A DNA stretch of 64,000 nt from Gammaproteobacteria bacterium (GTDB lineage Bacteria; Pseudomonadota; Gammaproteobacteria; Legionellales; Legionellaceae), in contig JANSXK010000002.1 of NCBI GenBank assembly GCA_024742995.1, forward strand, positions 198,232 through 262,231, given 5' to 3'. The notes under the pieces are model-generated. The model ran no database searches. It was not told the DNA's origin and saw nothing but the letters and a program-made list of their open reading frames with translations. Positions 1-10,097 of this stretch are shown here, one piece after another (position 1 is the stretch's first letter; every line of letters begins with the position of its first letter). A program made the position numbers and the translations under genes.

Positions 1-620
1 GAACGTTTATTCGGAAAAGTTAAAATTTCAACCAAGACAATTTGACCATGTTTGGCGTCAAGACTATATTCTCCTGGAATAGAAATATCTTGTGTCAGGC
101 GCTTGCTGTCTGGTACCACAAAAGCAACGCCATGCTCGGTAAAGAAACGTCCGACCACAGATGCATTCGCATGTTCAATGATTTCATGAATTTTCCCCTC
201 TGAGCGTCCACGCCGATCTTCGGATGTTTTGAAGGCCAATACCGTATCACCGTGCATGACCCCGCGCATTTCGGTGGCGGATAACATCATGTCATCCCCA
301 TCATCGTCAGGAATAAAAAAACCAAATCCATCAGGGTGGCCTTGAACCCTGCCGCGGCGTAAATTAATGCGATCAAAAAGACAATAGCGATTACGCCGAT
401 CTTGCATCAATTGGCCGTCACGCAACATCGCGCGCAAACGAAAATTCAGGGCGTCTTGTTGTGCTTCATCAGAGATGGCAAGCTTTTTAATGAGTTGATT
501 TCGAGTCATAGGGCGCCCGAATTCGTCCAAAACCATCATGATGAATTCACGACTGGGAATAGGATGGTCGTACTTTTCTTTTTCTCTGCCGTAATAAGGA
601 TCTTTTGTTTTTTTACTCAC
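1..620 (-). CDS. rnr: Ribonuclease R, N-terminal part (gene runs off the window start)
   Basis: The reverse complement of 541-620 reads GTG-SKKTKDPYYGREKEKYDHPIPSREFI, a typical RNase R N-terminus. I checked every codon of this frame from 620 down to position 3 and found no stop. It is absent from the ORF track, presumably because the window edge truncates it. Confidence 0.8.
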   Translation of the reverse strand, partial: MSKKTKDPYYGREKEKYDHPIPSREFIMMVLDEFGRPMTRNQLIKKLAISDEAQQDALNFRLRAMLRDGQLMQDRRNRYCLFDRINLRRGRVQGHPDGFGFFIPDDDGDDMMLSATEMRGVMHGDTVLAFKTSEDRRGRSEGKIHEIIEHANASVVGRFFTEHGVAFVVPDSKRLTQDISIPGEYSLDAKHGQIVLVEILTFPNKR

Positions 621-1105
621 GATGCTCTCTTGCCTGAACTGGAGTTTAAGCCATAACCTTGTCGTTCAATGTAAGCCTTTAATGGTGCGATGTCCATATT
701 CTCGGCTGCCCAAAAAACGCCTGAGTCTGCTTTGGGTAATTTAGAATTTGACCATTGGCAAATAGCCAAGACGGATTCACACGAAATTTGTTGCTCATGC
801 CCGGGCTTAGACTCTATACATTGTAACGCAAAGGATTTACTGGTTTGACTGAACGCCAGGGCTGACCATTTTCCCGGCTGGAGCAAACTGCTGAACCCTG
901 CTTGTGCGCTGGGATCTTCTACTGGGTGTGTGATCCATAACTCTGTATCAGATACATTATGCAGCATGATCACGATTGGTGTTTTAGCGCTGAGGTTAGG
1001 CATCGCGTCATGAATGACCCAAGGCACACATCCCTTAGGGTACATCTCTTGTGCAAAGGATGTCAGGGAACTGATTAAAATAATGAGGGAAGCCAAAAAT
1101 TTCAT
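617..1105 (-). CDS. Small secreted protein of unknown function (162 aa)
   Basis: ORF with an N-terminal signal-peptide-like segment MKFLASLIILISSLTSFAQE. Its stop overlaps the rnr GTG start by 4 nt, which suggests co-transcription. No recognisable domain. Confidence 0.55.
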   Translation of the reverse strand: MKFLASLIILISSLTSFAQEMYPKGCVPWVIHDAMPNLSAKTPIVIMLHNVSDTELWITHPVEDPSAQAGFSSLLQPGKWSALAFSQTSKSFALQCIESKPGHEQQISCESVLAICQWSNSKLPKADSGVFWAAENMDIAPLKAYIERQGYGLNSSSGKRAS

Positions 1106-1151
1106 GCTGTGATACTTCTAAATAAAGGGATAAATTACAGTCAATAGCTTA

Positions 1152-1739
1152 TCATCTTGGCGTATTAAAAGCCAGGTTTGCGTCCCAGGGTTGGGTTAAA
1201 CCGGACTCGATACCAAACAGATCGAGTATTCTGCCGACATTATCATTGACCAGATCTAAAATAGAATTCGGTTGTTGATAAAAAGCAGGCGCAGGTGGAC
1301 AAATGATGCCACCCATTTGTGTGACCGTCAGCATATTTTGTAGATGACCTTGGTGGAGAGGTGATTCACGTGGTACCAATGCCAAGCGTCGTCGTTCCTT
1401 CAACACCACATCTGCGGCACGGGACAACAAATTGCCTGATAAACTGTGCGCAATCTCTGCTAGTGTATTCATGGAGCAAGGGGCGATGATCATGCCCAGC
1501 GTGGGATAAGATCCACTGGCGATGGGTGCGGTGATGTCTTCAGGATGATATGCAACGTCGGCCAGGGTTTTGAGCTCGGTATAGGTTAGCGCAGTTTCGT
1601 AGGTGCGCGTGACTTGGGCAGCTTTGGTGACAATCAAATGGGTTTCTATGGGCAGCGCTTGCAATGCTTTTAATAGCTGAATGCCATAAATAATGCCAGA
1701 TGATCCGCTGATGCCTATGATAAGTCGTGTTGGAGTCAT
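1152..1739 (-). CDS. ubiX: Flavin prenyltransferase UbiX
   Basis: 195 aa. The N-terminal RLIIGISGSSGIIYGIQLL flavoprotein fold motif and ...APCSMNTLAEIAHSLSGNLLSRAADVVLKERRRLALVPRE... are typical of UbiX/Pad1. Confidence 0.9.
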   Translation of the reverse strand: MTPTRLIIGISGSSGIIYGIQLLKALQALPIETHLIVTKAAQVTRTYETALTYTELKTLADVAYHPEDITAPIASGSYPTLGMIIAPCSMNTLAEIAHSLSGNLLSRAADVVLKERRRLALVPRESPLHQGHLQNMLTVTQMGGIICPPAPAFYQQPNSILDLVNDNVGRILDLFGIESGLTQPWDANLAFNTPR

Positions 1740-1852
1740 GTTTTTTTTGTCGCAACCTCGTCGTTTTGCGTAAGTCCTGGTATAATTCAGCGTTTTTATT
1801 GGGTTTTCTTATCGATTGACCCGTGCTGAACTTAACCAGTGAGTGCTATCTT

Positions 1853-3487
1853 ATGACAAATCGGCGCAAAATGCTAGTCACAAGTGCGTTACCTTATGCC
1901 AACGGCCATTTGCATTTGGGACATTTGGTCGAGCATATTCAAACAGACATTTGGGTGCAAGTGCAGCGCATGCTTGGGCATCAGTGCATTGCCGTGTGCG
2001 GCGATGATGCGCATGGCACGCCGATTATGCTCAAAGCGCAACAAATGGGTATCAGTCCTTTAGAATTGACGCAATCGATTCAAGCCAGCCATGCTGCAGA
2101 TTTTGCAGGATTTGGGATTCATTACGATTGTTACCATACTACCCACTCTCCAGAAAATGAGGCGTTGGTGGCAGAGATATACCAACGTTTGCATGCACGC
2201 GGTGATATTACAACACGCGTGATCACCCAGGCGTTTGATCCTGTCGAACAGATTTTTTTGCCGGATCGTTATGTCAAAGGGACGTGTCCTAAATGTGATG
2301 CGCCCGACCAATATGGTGATAGCTGTGAAGTTTGTGGTGCGACTTATGCGCCTGTGGATTTGAAAGATCCAGTGTCTGCTATTTCAGGTGCGACACCGAT
2401 TGAAAAAGAATCCGAACATTATTTTTTTGATTTGCAGCGCTATGAAGCTTTTTTGAAAGAATGGACCACAAGTGGGGCATTACAAACGGAAGTTGCGAAT
2501 AAATTAGCGGAGTGGTTTGAGGCTGGTTTGAAAGCGTGGGATATTTCCAGAGACGCACCTTATTTTGGATTTTTGATCCCAGGTACGACTGATAAATATT
2601 TTTATGTTTGGCTAGATGCGCCGATTGGTTATATGGCGGCATTTCAACACTACTGTGATCAAAACGACGAATCGTTTGCAGCGTTTTGGGATCAAGATGC
2701 AACCACGGAACTCTATCATTTTGTTGGCAAAGACATCATGTATTTTCATACATTGTTTTGGCCCGCGTTGTTATCGGGCAGTGGACATCGTTTGCCGACA
2801 GCGGTTTTTACCCATGGATTTTTGACCATCAACGGCCAAAAAATGTCGAAGTCACGCGGGACCTTCATTGAAGCCCGACAGTATTTACAACATTTGCATC
2901 CAGATTATTTGCGTTATTATTTTGCTGCAAAAATGAATGGCAGTGTGGACGATTTGGATTTGAACTTTGCTGATATGTTGCAGCGGGTGAATGCAGATTT
3001 GGTTGGAAAAATGGTAAATATTGCCAGTCGTTGTGCGGGTTTTATTCAGAAAAAATTTGAATTGCGTTTGGCGGATACTTTGGCCGATCCTGATCTATAT
3101 CAAGTATTGGTTGATTTACGTGAGTCTATTGTGACTGCGTACCTGGGCCGTGATTATGCACGTGCGTTGCGTATCATCATGGACGGTGCGGATAAGGTGA
3201 ATCAATATATCGATGCGGAAAAACCATGGGTACTGGCCAAAGATGAGGCGATGTTACCGCGAGTTCAGATGGTATGTACTATGGGATTGAATGCGTTTCG
3301 AGTGTTGATGACTTATTTGAAACCGGTGTTGCCACAAATGGCAGCAAATGTGGAAGCATTTTTAAATTGCGACCCCCTGGTATGGGATAGTATTCATCAG
3401 CCTTTATTAGATCACACGATTCAACCTTTCATTCCTTTGATTTCGCGCGTAGAGCAAAGTAGTATTGACGCATTGCTAGAGGTTTAA
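1853..3487 (+). CDS. metG: Methionine--tRNA ligase, short form without the C-terminal tRNA-binding domain
   Basis: Class I HIGH motif ([11 protein letters not shown]), the Zn-knuckle cysteines ([18 protein letters not shown]) and KMSKS (QKMSKSRG). The track ORF starts at GTG 1823; ATG 1853 ([18 protein letters not shown]) is the more plausible start. Confidence 0.95.
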   Translation: MTNRRKMLVTSALPYANGHLHLGHLVEHIQTDIWVQVQRMLGHQCIAVCGDDAHGTPIMLKAQQMGISPLELTQSIQASHAADFAGFGIHYDCYHTTHSPENEALVAEIYQRLHARGDITTRVITQAFDPVEQIFLPDRYVKGTCPKCDAPDQYGDSCEVCGATYAPVDLKDPVSAISGATPIEKESEHYFFDLQRYEAFLKEWTTSGALQTEVANKLAEWFEAGLKAWDISRDAPYFGFLIPGTTDKYFYVWLDAPIGYMAAFQHYCDQNDESFAAFWDQDATTELYHFVGKDIMYFHTLFWPALLSGSGHRLPTAVFTHGFLTINGQKMSKSRGTFIEARQYLQHLHPDYLRYYFAAKMNGSVDDLDLNFADMLQRVNADLVGKMVNIASRCAGFIQKKFELRLADTLADPDLYQVLVDLRESIVTAYLGRDYARALRIIMDGADKVNQYIDAEKPWVLAKDEAMLPRVQMVCTMGLNAFRVLMTYLKPVLPQMAANVEAFLNCDPLVWDSIHQPLLDHTIQPFIPLISRVEQSSIDALLEV

Positions 3488-4090
3488 ATGACGAAAGTGC
3501 AAGATATCGATGCCCTACTGCCGCAAACCCAATGTGGCTTATGTGGCTACGCGGGTTGTCGTCCCTATGCCGAAGCATTGGCAGCCGGAACAGCCGAAAT
3601 CAATCATTGCCCGCCCGGTGGCATCAAAACATTGCAGGCATTGGGCGCGTTATTAAATATTGATCCCAGTCCTTATGAGGTGCAAGTGCTTGCAGAAACA
3701 CGTCCGCCAGCATTGGCCGTGATTCGTGAGTCAGAGTGCATTGGGTGCACCAAATGTATCCAAGCTTGTCCTGTGGATGCTATCGTAGGTGCGGCCAAAT
3801 TCATGCACACGGTTTTGCCACATGAGTGTACGGGCTGTGATTTATGTGTGGCGCCTTGTCCGGTGGATTGTATTGATATGGTGACAATACCAGAGGCAGA
3901 TTATGACCCGGACGTGGCGCGTGCTCGGTATGAGGCTAGACAGATCCGCTTGGTGGCCGCAGAGCACGAAAAATCTCAGCACTATCGAACCAAACGCCGT
4001 TTGGCTGCAGCAGATCAAAATCAAGAAGACAGCGCCGCAAAAAAAGCATATATTTTAGCGGCATTGGCTCGTACAAAAAACAAAACGTAG
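3488..4090 (+). CDS. rnfB: RnfB/RsxB-type iron-sulfur ferredoxin
   Basis: N-terminal Cys cluster [12 protein letters not shown]...HCPPGG plus two 4Fe-4S motifs, [12 protein letters not shown] and [12 protein letters not shown]. Its ATG directly abuts the metG stop (TAAATG). Confidence 0.85.
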   Translation: MTKVQDIDALLPQTQCGLCGYAGCRPYAEALAAGTAEINHCPPGGIKTLQALGALLNIDPSPYEVQVLAETRPPALAVIRESECIGCTKCIQACPVDAIVGAAKFMHTVLPHECTGCDLCVAPCPVDCIDMVTIPEADYDPDVARARYEARQIRLVAAEHEKSQHYRTKRRLAAADQNQEDSAAKKAYILAALARTKNKT

Positions 4091-4091
4091 G
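4018..4091. repeat. Direct repeat copy A, the functional 3' end of rnfB
   Basis: By hand alignment about 76 nt are roughly 83% identical to 5376-5449. Both copies keep the reading frame and stop (..[22 protein letters not shown] versus ..[22 protein letters not shown]). Confidence 0.8.
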
Positions 4092-4099
4092 GTTGCACT

Positions 4100-5281
4100 C
4101 TAGGTTCCGAACTCGTATTTCCCTGACCATAAATGCTCTAGGAAGTCTTTCCAGGGTAATATTTCGATAGGTGTTTTCCCGATGGTTGCAAGGATACGTT
4201 TGCGAGGTGCTTGGCAAACCACTACTGCGTGGCGTGGTTGATAATCTTCACAAAATGAGACCAAACCTTTGAGATCTGTAAGTTGTATATTGGCAGATAT
4301 TTTTACTTCAATTGCCATTTTACCGTTATCAAGCACAAAATCTACTTCTAAACCAGATTTGCTACGCCAATAATTCAAGGGGACATCTAATTCTTTTAAG
4401 CCTAAATAGGCGACAAGTTCTGTTAGTATATAATGTTCAAATATATTCCCTGCTTCCTCACCTTTAAGAATGTTAATACTTCGACGTTGCAAATGATTCG
4501 CGATACCAATATCAAAAAGGTAAAATTTTGGCGTGGACTGTATCAGGTCACGCTTCACTTTTTTATGGAAAGGCGTTACAAAATAACCAATTAAAGTATC
4601 TACTAGTATTTGGTAATACTCTTTAATCGTTTTTGCATCAATTCCCACGTCGCGTGCAATATTTGCGAAATTTAGCATTTGTCCGTTGGTAAATCCTACC
4701 AAATCTATGAACCTGGCAAATCCAGCGAGATTTCTTACGAACCCCTCTGCTTGAATTTCTTGCGTTAAATAGTCACCAATGTAGGCACGCAGCATACGCT
4801 CAGGTTGTTTGGAGAAATAGTTTGCTGGCAATAAACCGCTTTTAAATGCGTGTAATAAGTCAAAGTCAGGAATTTCAGGGTAAACCAAAGGATAAAAGTG
4901 GAATCGCCAAGCTCTGCCACCCAACAGGTTAGCGGCACCTCGTTTTAATTTCCGAGCACTTGAGCCACATAAAATGAAACTTATTTTTTTATTTTCAATT
5001 AACCAGTGTACTTCATCTAACAAGGCAGGTGCTTTCTGCACCTCATCAATAATAACGGGATGAGCGAGCTCTTGTTCGCTGAGGCTCAGTAACTCTTCTC
5101 TTAAATGATGTGGTGCTGCTAATAGTCGTGCTAATTCGTCTGTTTTTAATAAATCATAGGAGATGGCGTTGGGAAAGTGTTGTGCCAAATAAGTAGACTT
5201 TCCTGTTTGGCGTGCCCCCCATAAAAAAGCCGATTGTCCTTGTGGTAAATCCATTGTTAGTAAGCGCGGTAAGTGCATCAA
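4100..5281 (-). CDS. AAA+ ATPase of the AAA_14/DUF4143 type
   Basis: 393 aa. Walker A is GARQTGKST and Walker B-like is VIIDEVQ. The C-terminal ..YWRSKSGLEVDFVL.. segment is typical of the DUF4143 nuclease-like fold. Confidence 0.8.
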   Translation of the reverse strand: MMHLPRLLTMDLPQGQSAFLWGARQTGKSTYLAQHFPNAISYDLLKTDELARLLAAPHHLREELLSLSEQELAHPVIIDEVQKAPALLDEVHWLIENKKISFILCGSSARKLKRGAANLLGGRAWRFHFYPLVYPEIPDFDLLHAFKSGLLPANYFSKQPERMLRAYIGDYLTQEIQAEGFVRNLAGFARFIDLVGFTNGQMLNFANIARDVGIDAKTIKEYYQILVDTLIGYFVTPFHKKVKRDLIQSTPKFYLFDIGIANHLQRRSINILKGEEAGNIFEHYILTELVAYLGLKELDVPLNYWRSKSGLEVDFVLDNGKMAIEVKISANIQLTDLKGLVSFCEDYQPRHAVVVCQAPRKRILATIGKTPIEILPWKDFLEHLWSGKYEFGT

Positions 5282-5375
5282 GCAGCCTTTTTTGATTGTA
5301 ACTTAAAAGAAGTATATTCCATTTAAGTATAACTTAAAAGGAGTAAGGTCCTTTTTTGTTATCAAAATCATCCAA

Positions 5376-5449
5376 AAATCAAGAAGACAATATCGTAAAA
5401 AAGGCGTATATTTTAGCAGCATTGGTCCGCACAAAAAATAAAATGTAGG
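5376..5449. repeat. Direct repeat copy B, an orphaned diverged copy of the rnfB 3' end
   Basis: See copy A. It lies on the far side of the ATPase gene, immediately upstream of the LysE-family gene. Confidence 0.8.
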
Positions 5450-5457
5450 AAATTATC

Positions 5458-6069
5458 ATGCTTCATGCCTTTATCTATGGTGCTATTTTAGCACTGGGCC
5501 TTATTTTGCCTTTGGGTGTACAAAATATTTTTATATTCAACCAGGGTGCCAATCAGCGACATTTTTTACATGCCATGCCAAGTGTTTTAATGGCGACACT
5601 TTGCGACGCCATTTTAATTGTTTGGGCGGTTTTGGGTGTTTCCATGGTAGTGTTGGCCATTCCATGGTTAAAAACAATGGTATTAGGGATAGGATTTTGT
5701 TTTCTTATCTATATGGGATGGGTGACTTGGCGTCATAAGCCTACGAAATTACAAGAGGGTAAAAAGCCGTTGTCAGCAAAGAGACAAATGGTGTTTGCAG
5801 CATCAGTGTCTTTGTTGAACCCACACGCGTTGTTGGATACCGTTGGTGTGATTGGCACCAGTTCATTGCACTTTGTGGGCAATGAAAAAATTATGTTTAC
5901 CTCAGCATGTATTTTGATATCTGCTTGCTGGTTTTTCGGCTTGTCGGTCATGGGCCATTTTTTGCATCGATTAGATAAAACGGGACGATGGCTGCAAATA
6001 ATTAATAAAGTATCTGCAGTGATTGTATGGAGCATCGCGTTTTACATCATGTGGTTGCTGCTTAATTAG
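5458..6069 (+). CDS. LysE/ArgO family amino-acid exporter
   Basis: 203 aa with about 6 hydrophobic segments. The N-terminal FIYGAILALGLILPLGVQNIFIFNQG is typical of LysE/ArgO. Confidence 0.8.
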   Translation: MLHAFIYGAILALGLILPLGVQNIFIFNQGANQRHFLHAMPSVLMATLCDAILIVWAVLGVSMVVLAIPWLKTMVLGIGFCFLIYMGWVTWRHKPTKLQEGKKPLSAKRQMVFAASVSLLNPHALLDTVGVIGTSSLHFVGNEKIMFTSACILISACWFFGLSVMGHFLHRLDKTGRWLQIINKVSAVIVWSIAFYIMWLLLN

Positions 6070-6436
6070 CATCCAAAAAATGCTCGAGTGCTTTCTGAGA
6101 ACGATTGCCTTTCAAAACTGTTTTCATATTATTTTTATAGGTATACGGGTAGCCATCAATTTGTTTGCCACATACGCGCCACAAGTCATCAGCAATGATA
6201 TTATAAAAGGTCCAGTCTTTGTATTTGTCTTTATTGGAAACTTTTTCATAAACAGGCAAGAATTTTTTGCAGTGAGAGCACCAAGTTGCACGGACCAACA
6301 AAACAGTTTTGGGCTTTGCCAAGTCTGAGCAATTTGATTCAGTAAAAGGGACCAAGGTGGCGGAAGCAATCATCGGCACGGTGAGTGTGTATCCTATCAT
6401 GATTAAGCTAATCATTTTTTTATAATAGTGTGTCAT
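6062..6436 (-). CDS. Secreted thioredoxin-fold protein (CxxC)
   Basis: 124 aa with an N-terminal hydrophobic signal or anchor (MISLIMIGYTLTVPMIASA) and the WCSHCKKF redox motif. Confidence 0.7.
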   Translation of the reverse strand: MTHYYKKMISLIMIGYTLTVPMIASATLVPFTESNCSDLAKPKTVLLVRATWCSHCKKFLPVYEKVSNKDKYKDWTFYNIIADDLWRVCGKQIDGYPYTYKNNMKTVLKGNRSQKALEHFLDAN

Positions 6437-6529
6437 TTTTTACCTCTCGTTGTGAATTTGTGTGCAGATGATAGCATTTATTTTAATGTCCAACAAAAAC
6501 CTGGTATTCATGCTATGTATAAACGCTAT

Positions 6530-6940
6530 TTAAAGATCTGTTTGATTGACTTTTATGCCATCGCAACTGAGATCCCAAATGACATTGGCGTTGTGCTGAA
6601 TATTGGCTGAGGCACTATATGAGTGGCATTTTGGAAACGCGATGCTGCCACCACAAAAAGAAAAATGCAATGTGTAAACCCCGGATAATATTTTAGAAGT
6701 ATTTTGATCTAAATTGATGATATCTGTACTGGGGTATATATGTCCTTTATGTATTACGCCTGTTGGCTCAGTTAACTCATAACGTATTTTGATCCAACTG
6801 TTATGATCAACGAAGCAGTTGTTCACCACAACATGCTGAATATAGTCAACAGTAGGCGTATCATTTTGTTCAGCATGCGCCAGAGGCATAGAAAACACTA
6901 TTGCCAACATCAGCGCGGAGAGAGAATACAATTTTTGCAT
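6530..6940 (-). CDS. Secreted hypothetical protein
   Basis: The ORF is open to 6997. The internal ATG at 6940 gives MQKLYSLSALMLAIVFSMPLAHA|EQ, a clean signal peptide. No known domain. Confidence 0.5.
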   Translation of the reverse strand: MQKLYSLSALMLAIVFSMPLAHAEQNDTPTVDYIQHVVVNNCFVDHNSWIKIRYELTEPTGVIHKGHIYPSTDIINLDQNTSKILSGVYTLHFSFCGGSIAFPKCHSYSASANIQHNANVIWDLSCDGIKVNQTDL

Positions 6941-7224
6941 ACTAAGATCCTTACAATTAAAGATTTTTATAGTACAATATACATTTATATTGGTCAATAT
7001 GACCTTTCTGTTTCTTTTTCAAAAACATTGTCTGTTTAAGAGGGTATTTATGGGAGAAAATTTATAAAATCATAGGGGGTGATCATTATGACTTTTATTA
7101 AAAGTTGATATGCATAAGAAAACGTTGATTTTGAAGTGGCGAACCACGAAGTTAAAACGTAAGCAGACAAAGAAACAAAAAAAGCGTATATTTCCGCAGT
7201 ATGGATTCGTAACAAAACACCACC

Positions 7225-7851
7225 ATGAACGCTGCAATTATTTCTGAAATTTTCAAACGCTTTAAAAAACAAAACCCGCATCCCGCGACTGAATTGCAGT
7301 ATCAGTCTACCTTTGAATTACTCATTGCCGTGATGTTATCGGCGCAAGCGACGGACATTAGTGTGAATAAAGCTACGCAGCATTTGTTTCCGGTGGCTGG
7401 TACGCCTGAGGCTATCTTGGCTTTGGGAGAGGAAGAATTAAAACCCTATATCAAAACCATTGGTTTGTTTAATGCCAAAGCCAAACATATCATTCAAACG
7501 TGTGCCTTATTAATCGAGCAATATCACAGCCAAGTACCGGATACGCGTCAAGCATTGGAATCATTGCCTGGGGTTGGCAGGAAAACGGCGAACGTGATAT
7601 TAAATACGGCTTTTCGGCAGCCTACCATGGCTGTGGATACCCATATTTTTCGTGTGGCCAATCGTATTGGTATGGCAAAGGGTAAAACCCCTTTGGCTGT
7701 TGAGCAGGCATTGGTGAAGCGTATTGATCCTGAGTATTTATTGGACGCACATCATTGGTTAATTTTACATGGTCGCTACGTATGCGTGGCCAGAAAACCG
7801 CATTGTGCTACTTGTATCATTCGTGATTTGTGTGAGTATCCATCCTCTTAA
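7225..7851 (+). CDS. nth: Endonuclease III
   Basis: 208 aa. The HhH-GPD motif is LPGVGRKTANVILN, and the C-terminal 4Fe-4S ligands are C-x6-C-x2-C-x5-C (CVARKPHCATCIIRDLC). Confidence 0.95.
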   Translation: MNAAIISEIFKRFKKQNPHPATELQYQSTFELLIAVMLSAQATDISVNKATQHLFPVAGTPEAILALGEEELKPYIKTIGLFNAKAKHIIQTCALLIEQYHSQVPDTRQALESLPGVGRKTANVILNTAFRQPTMAVDTHIFRVANRIGMAKGKTPLAVEQALVKRIDPEYLLDAHHWLILHGRYVCVARKPHCATCIIRDLCEYPSS

Positions 7852-7860
7852 TGCCAGGTT

Positions 7861-9237
7861 TTATTTATCTGACTTTCTTTTTCGTTGCCAGCCGCGAATG
7901 GTTTTTTGTTTCGACATGGTCAAGGTCAACTCTTCAGGCGGTGCATTTGTACGAATGGTACTGCCTGCACCGATGGTGGCATTTTTGCCGATGGTGATGG
8001 GTGCTATCAATTGCGTGTCTGAGCCGATATGAACGCCATCCTCTATGGTGGTGTGATGTTTATTGGCACCATCATAATTACAGGTGATGGTGCCCGCGCC
8101 GATGTTGACTTCTTTGCCGATGGTGACGTCCCCCAAATAAGTCAAATGACTGGCTTTACTGTGTTCGCCCATGATGGCTTTTTTGGCTTCAACAAAATTA
8201 CCAATTTTGCAGTGTGCAGCCAATTGTGTGCCGGGTCGAAGCCGTGCAAAAGGACCGATATGACAATCATCGCCAATCACACAATCTTCGATTACCGTAG
8301 AGGCTAAAATATGACAGTTTTTGCCGATGGTGACATTGGTCAAGACACAGTTGGGTTCAATAATACTGTCGGCGCCTATGGTGACGTTGCCATTGAACAC
8401 ATTATTCACATCAATATACACGTCTTGTTCGCAGTTGAGATGACCACGCACATCAATCCGATTGGCGTCAGCCAAGGTCACTCCGGATAGCAATAAATCT
8501 TGTGCCACACGATGCTGCCAGATGCGCTCTACCACTTGGAGTTGACTGCGATCGTTTACGCCCAAAATATCACGATAATCTTCTACATGTGTGGAGACGA
8601 TAGGAAGACCTTCGGTTTTTGCCATGGCAACCACGTCGGTAAAATAATATTCTTTTTGCGCATTTTTGACGGTTAATTGGGGGAGCCAACGTTGCAGGTT
8701 CTCCATGGATGTACAGCAAATGCCTGGATAAATTTCGGTGATCAAGCACTGTTCTGGGGTCGCATCTTTTTCTTCCACGATGGCAAGAATATTATTGTCG
8801 GCATCTCGGATAATGCGTCCTAAACCGTACGGATTAGGGACTGAGGCTAATAATAACGCCAAGGTAGAGGGCGGATTGGATTGGTAGAGCGTGGTGAGAT
8901 TCATTAGAGTTTCGGTACGGAGTAACGGTGCATCGGAAAAAAGCACCAAAACATGCGCATGATCTGGAATTTGCGGGAGTGCTTGATGTACGGCGTGACC
9001 GGTGCCTAATTGTTCTGCTTGAATCACCCAATTTACTTTTAGATGTTGGCAAGTGGCTTGAATTTTTTTACCTTCATGTCCAATAACGACATGAATTTGT
9101 TCGGGATTGAGTGCTTCTGCGGTTTGTATGACGTGTGCCAACATCGATTGTCCGGCAACTTGGTGAAGCACTTTGGGCAAGGATGAACGCATGCGCATCC
9201 CTTGACCGGCAGCAAGAATGATAATGTGTAAAGACAT
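7861..9237 (-). CDS. glmU: Bifunctional UDP-GlcNAc pyrophosphorylase / GlcN-1-P acetyltransferase
   Basis: 458 aa. N-terminal LAAGQGMRMRSSLPKVLH, with C-terminal left-handed beta-helix hexapeptide repeats. Confidence 0.95.
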   Translation of the reverse strand: MSLHIIILAAGQGMRMRSSLPKVLHQVAGQSMLAHVIQTAEALNPEQIHVVIGHEGKKIQATCQHLKVNWVIQAEQLGTGHAVHQALPQIPDHAHVLVLFSDAPLLRTETLMNLTTLYQSNPPSTLALLLASVPNPYGLGRIIRDADNNILAIVEEKDATPEQCLITEIYPGICCTSMENLQRWLPQLTVKNAQKEYYFTDVVAMAKTEGLPIVSTHVEDYRDILGVNDRSQLQVVERIWQHRVAQDLLLSGVTLADANRIDVRGHLNCEQDVYIDVNNVFNGNVTIGADSIIEPNCVLTNVTIGKNCHILASTVIEDCVIGDDCHIGPFARLRPGTQLAAHCKIGNFVEAKKAIMGEHSKASHLTYLGDVTIGKEVNIGAGTITCNYDGANKHHTTIEDGVHIGSDTQLIAPITIGKNATIGAGSTIRTNAPPEELTLTMSKQKTIRGWQRKRKSDK

Positions 9238-9433
9238 GAGGGATCAATATAGTTTAATATTTTTCAAAGATAGCATTGTCTTGAATATATGTAAAAATTT
9301 TATATGAGATATGATGGCGAGATAGTTGTTCACAATCTTAGCTCGTGATGTTGACGAGAGGCTTTACAATTGTATATTGCACCACTACATTATTTATATC
9401 CAATCTTTGAATTTAACTCGAAAGGATATCATT

Positions 9434-10095
9434 ATGACGACAGCTGGAGGTTATCTTGCACAACGACTTTATGGTATAGGGCTTTCAACTTATTTTGCTA
9501 TCCCAGGAGATTAGAATCTCACGTTATTGGATGAGTTATTAACGCAGCCGAAATTACAGATGATTAACTGTTGTAATGAATTGAATGCAGGTTATGCGAC
9601 GGATGTATGCTCATATGACGGTACACGCCGTGTGGATTCATCGACCTAGTGATGCGCCTGCTCAAATTGATGAGGCCATTGCCCTTGCAATTCAACACAA
9701 AAAACCAGCATACATTGAGATGGCATGTAATATTTTGCATCTTGAAGTTTCCTTTCCCACAAAACGTTCTTTTAATTTTCGATCAGTAAGTGATGCTGCA
9801 GCGTTGGCCGCAGCGCTACGGGATGCGTCGACGCGATTCAATGCTGCGGTGAAACTTGTTCTAGTCACTGGAAGTAAGGTTAGGGCATGGCGTGCGGGAA
9901 AGTTAATTGAAACCTTGAGTCAAGTATGCGTTAGCGGTTATGCTGGATGCAAAGGAGTTTGTTTCTGAAGATCATCCTAATTATATTGGTGTGTACTGGG
10001 GGCTTGTGAGTTCGCTTGGGTGTGCGGTTATTATTGAATCAAGCGACTTATATTTATTTGTGGGCCCTAATTTTAATGATTACTCCACAATGGGA
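9434..10095 (+). pseudogene. Degraded TPP-dependent (indole)pyruvate decarboxylase-like gene
   Basis: MTTAGGYLAQRLYGIGLSTYFAIPGD is followed by a stop. Homology continues in other frames (NLTLLDELL..NELNAGYA; ..KKPAYIEMACNI..; ..DHPNYIGVYWG..SDLYLFVGPNFNDYS). That makes at least 3 frame changes and internal deletions, and only the first ~40% of the gene remains. Confidence 0.7.
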
Positions 10096-10097
10096 CA

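Noticed and set aside
402-656. An 84-aa plus-strand ORF at the window start.
   Set aside because: It is antisense to the RNase R coding frame, which is open throughout and has a recognisable N-terminus.
6023-6369. ORFs at 6023-6328 (+) and 6124-6369 (-) overlapping the thioredoxin-like gene.
   Set aside because: They overlap the ORF that carries a signal sequence and a CxxC motif, and they have no features of their own.
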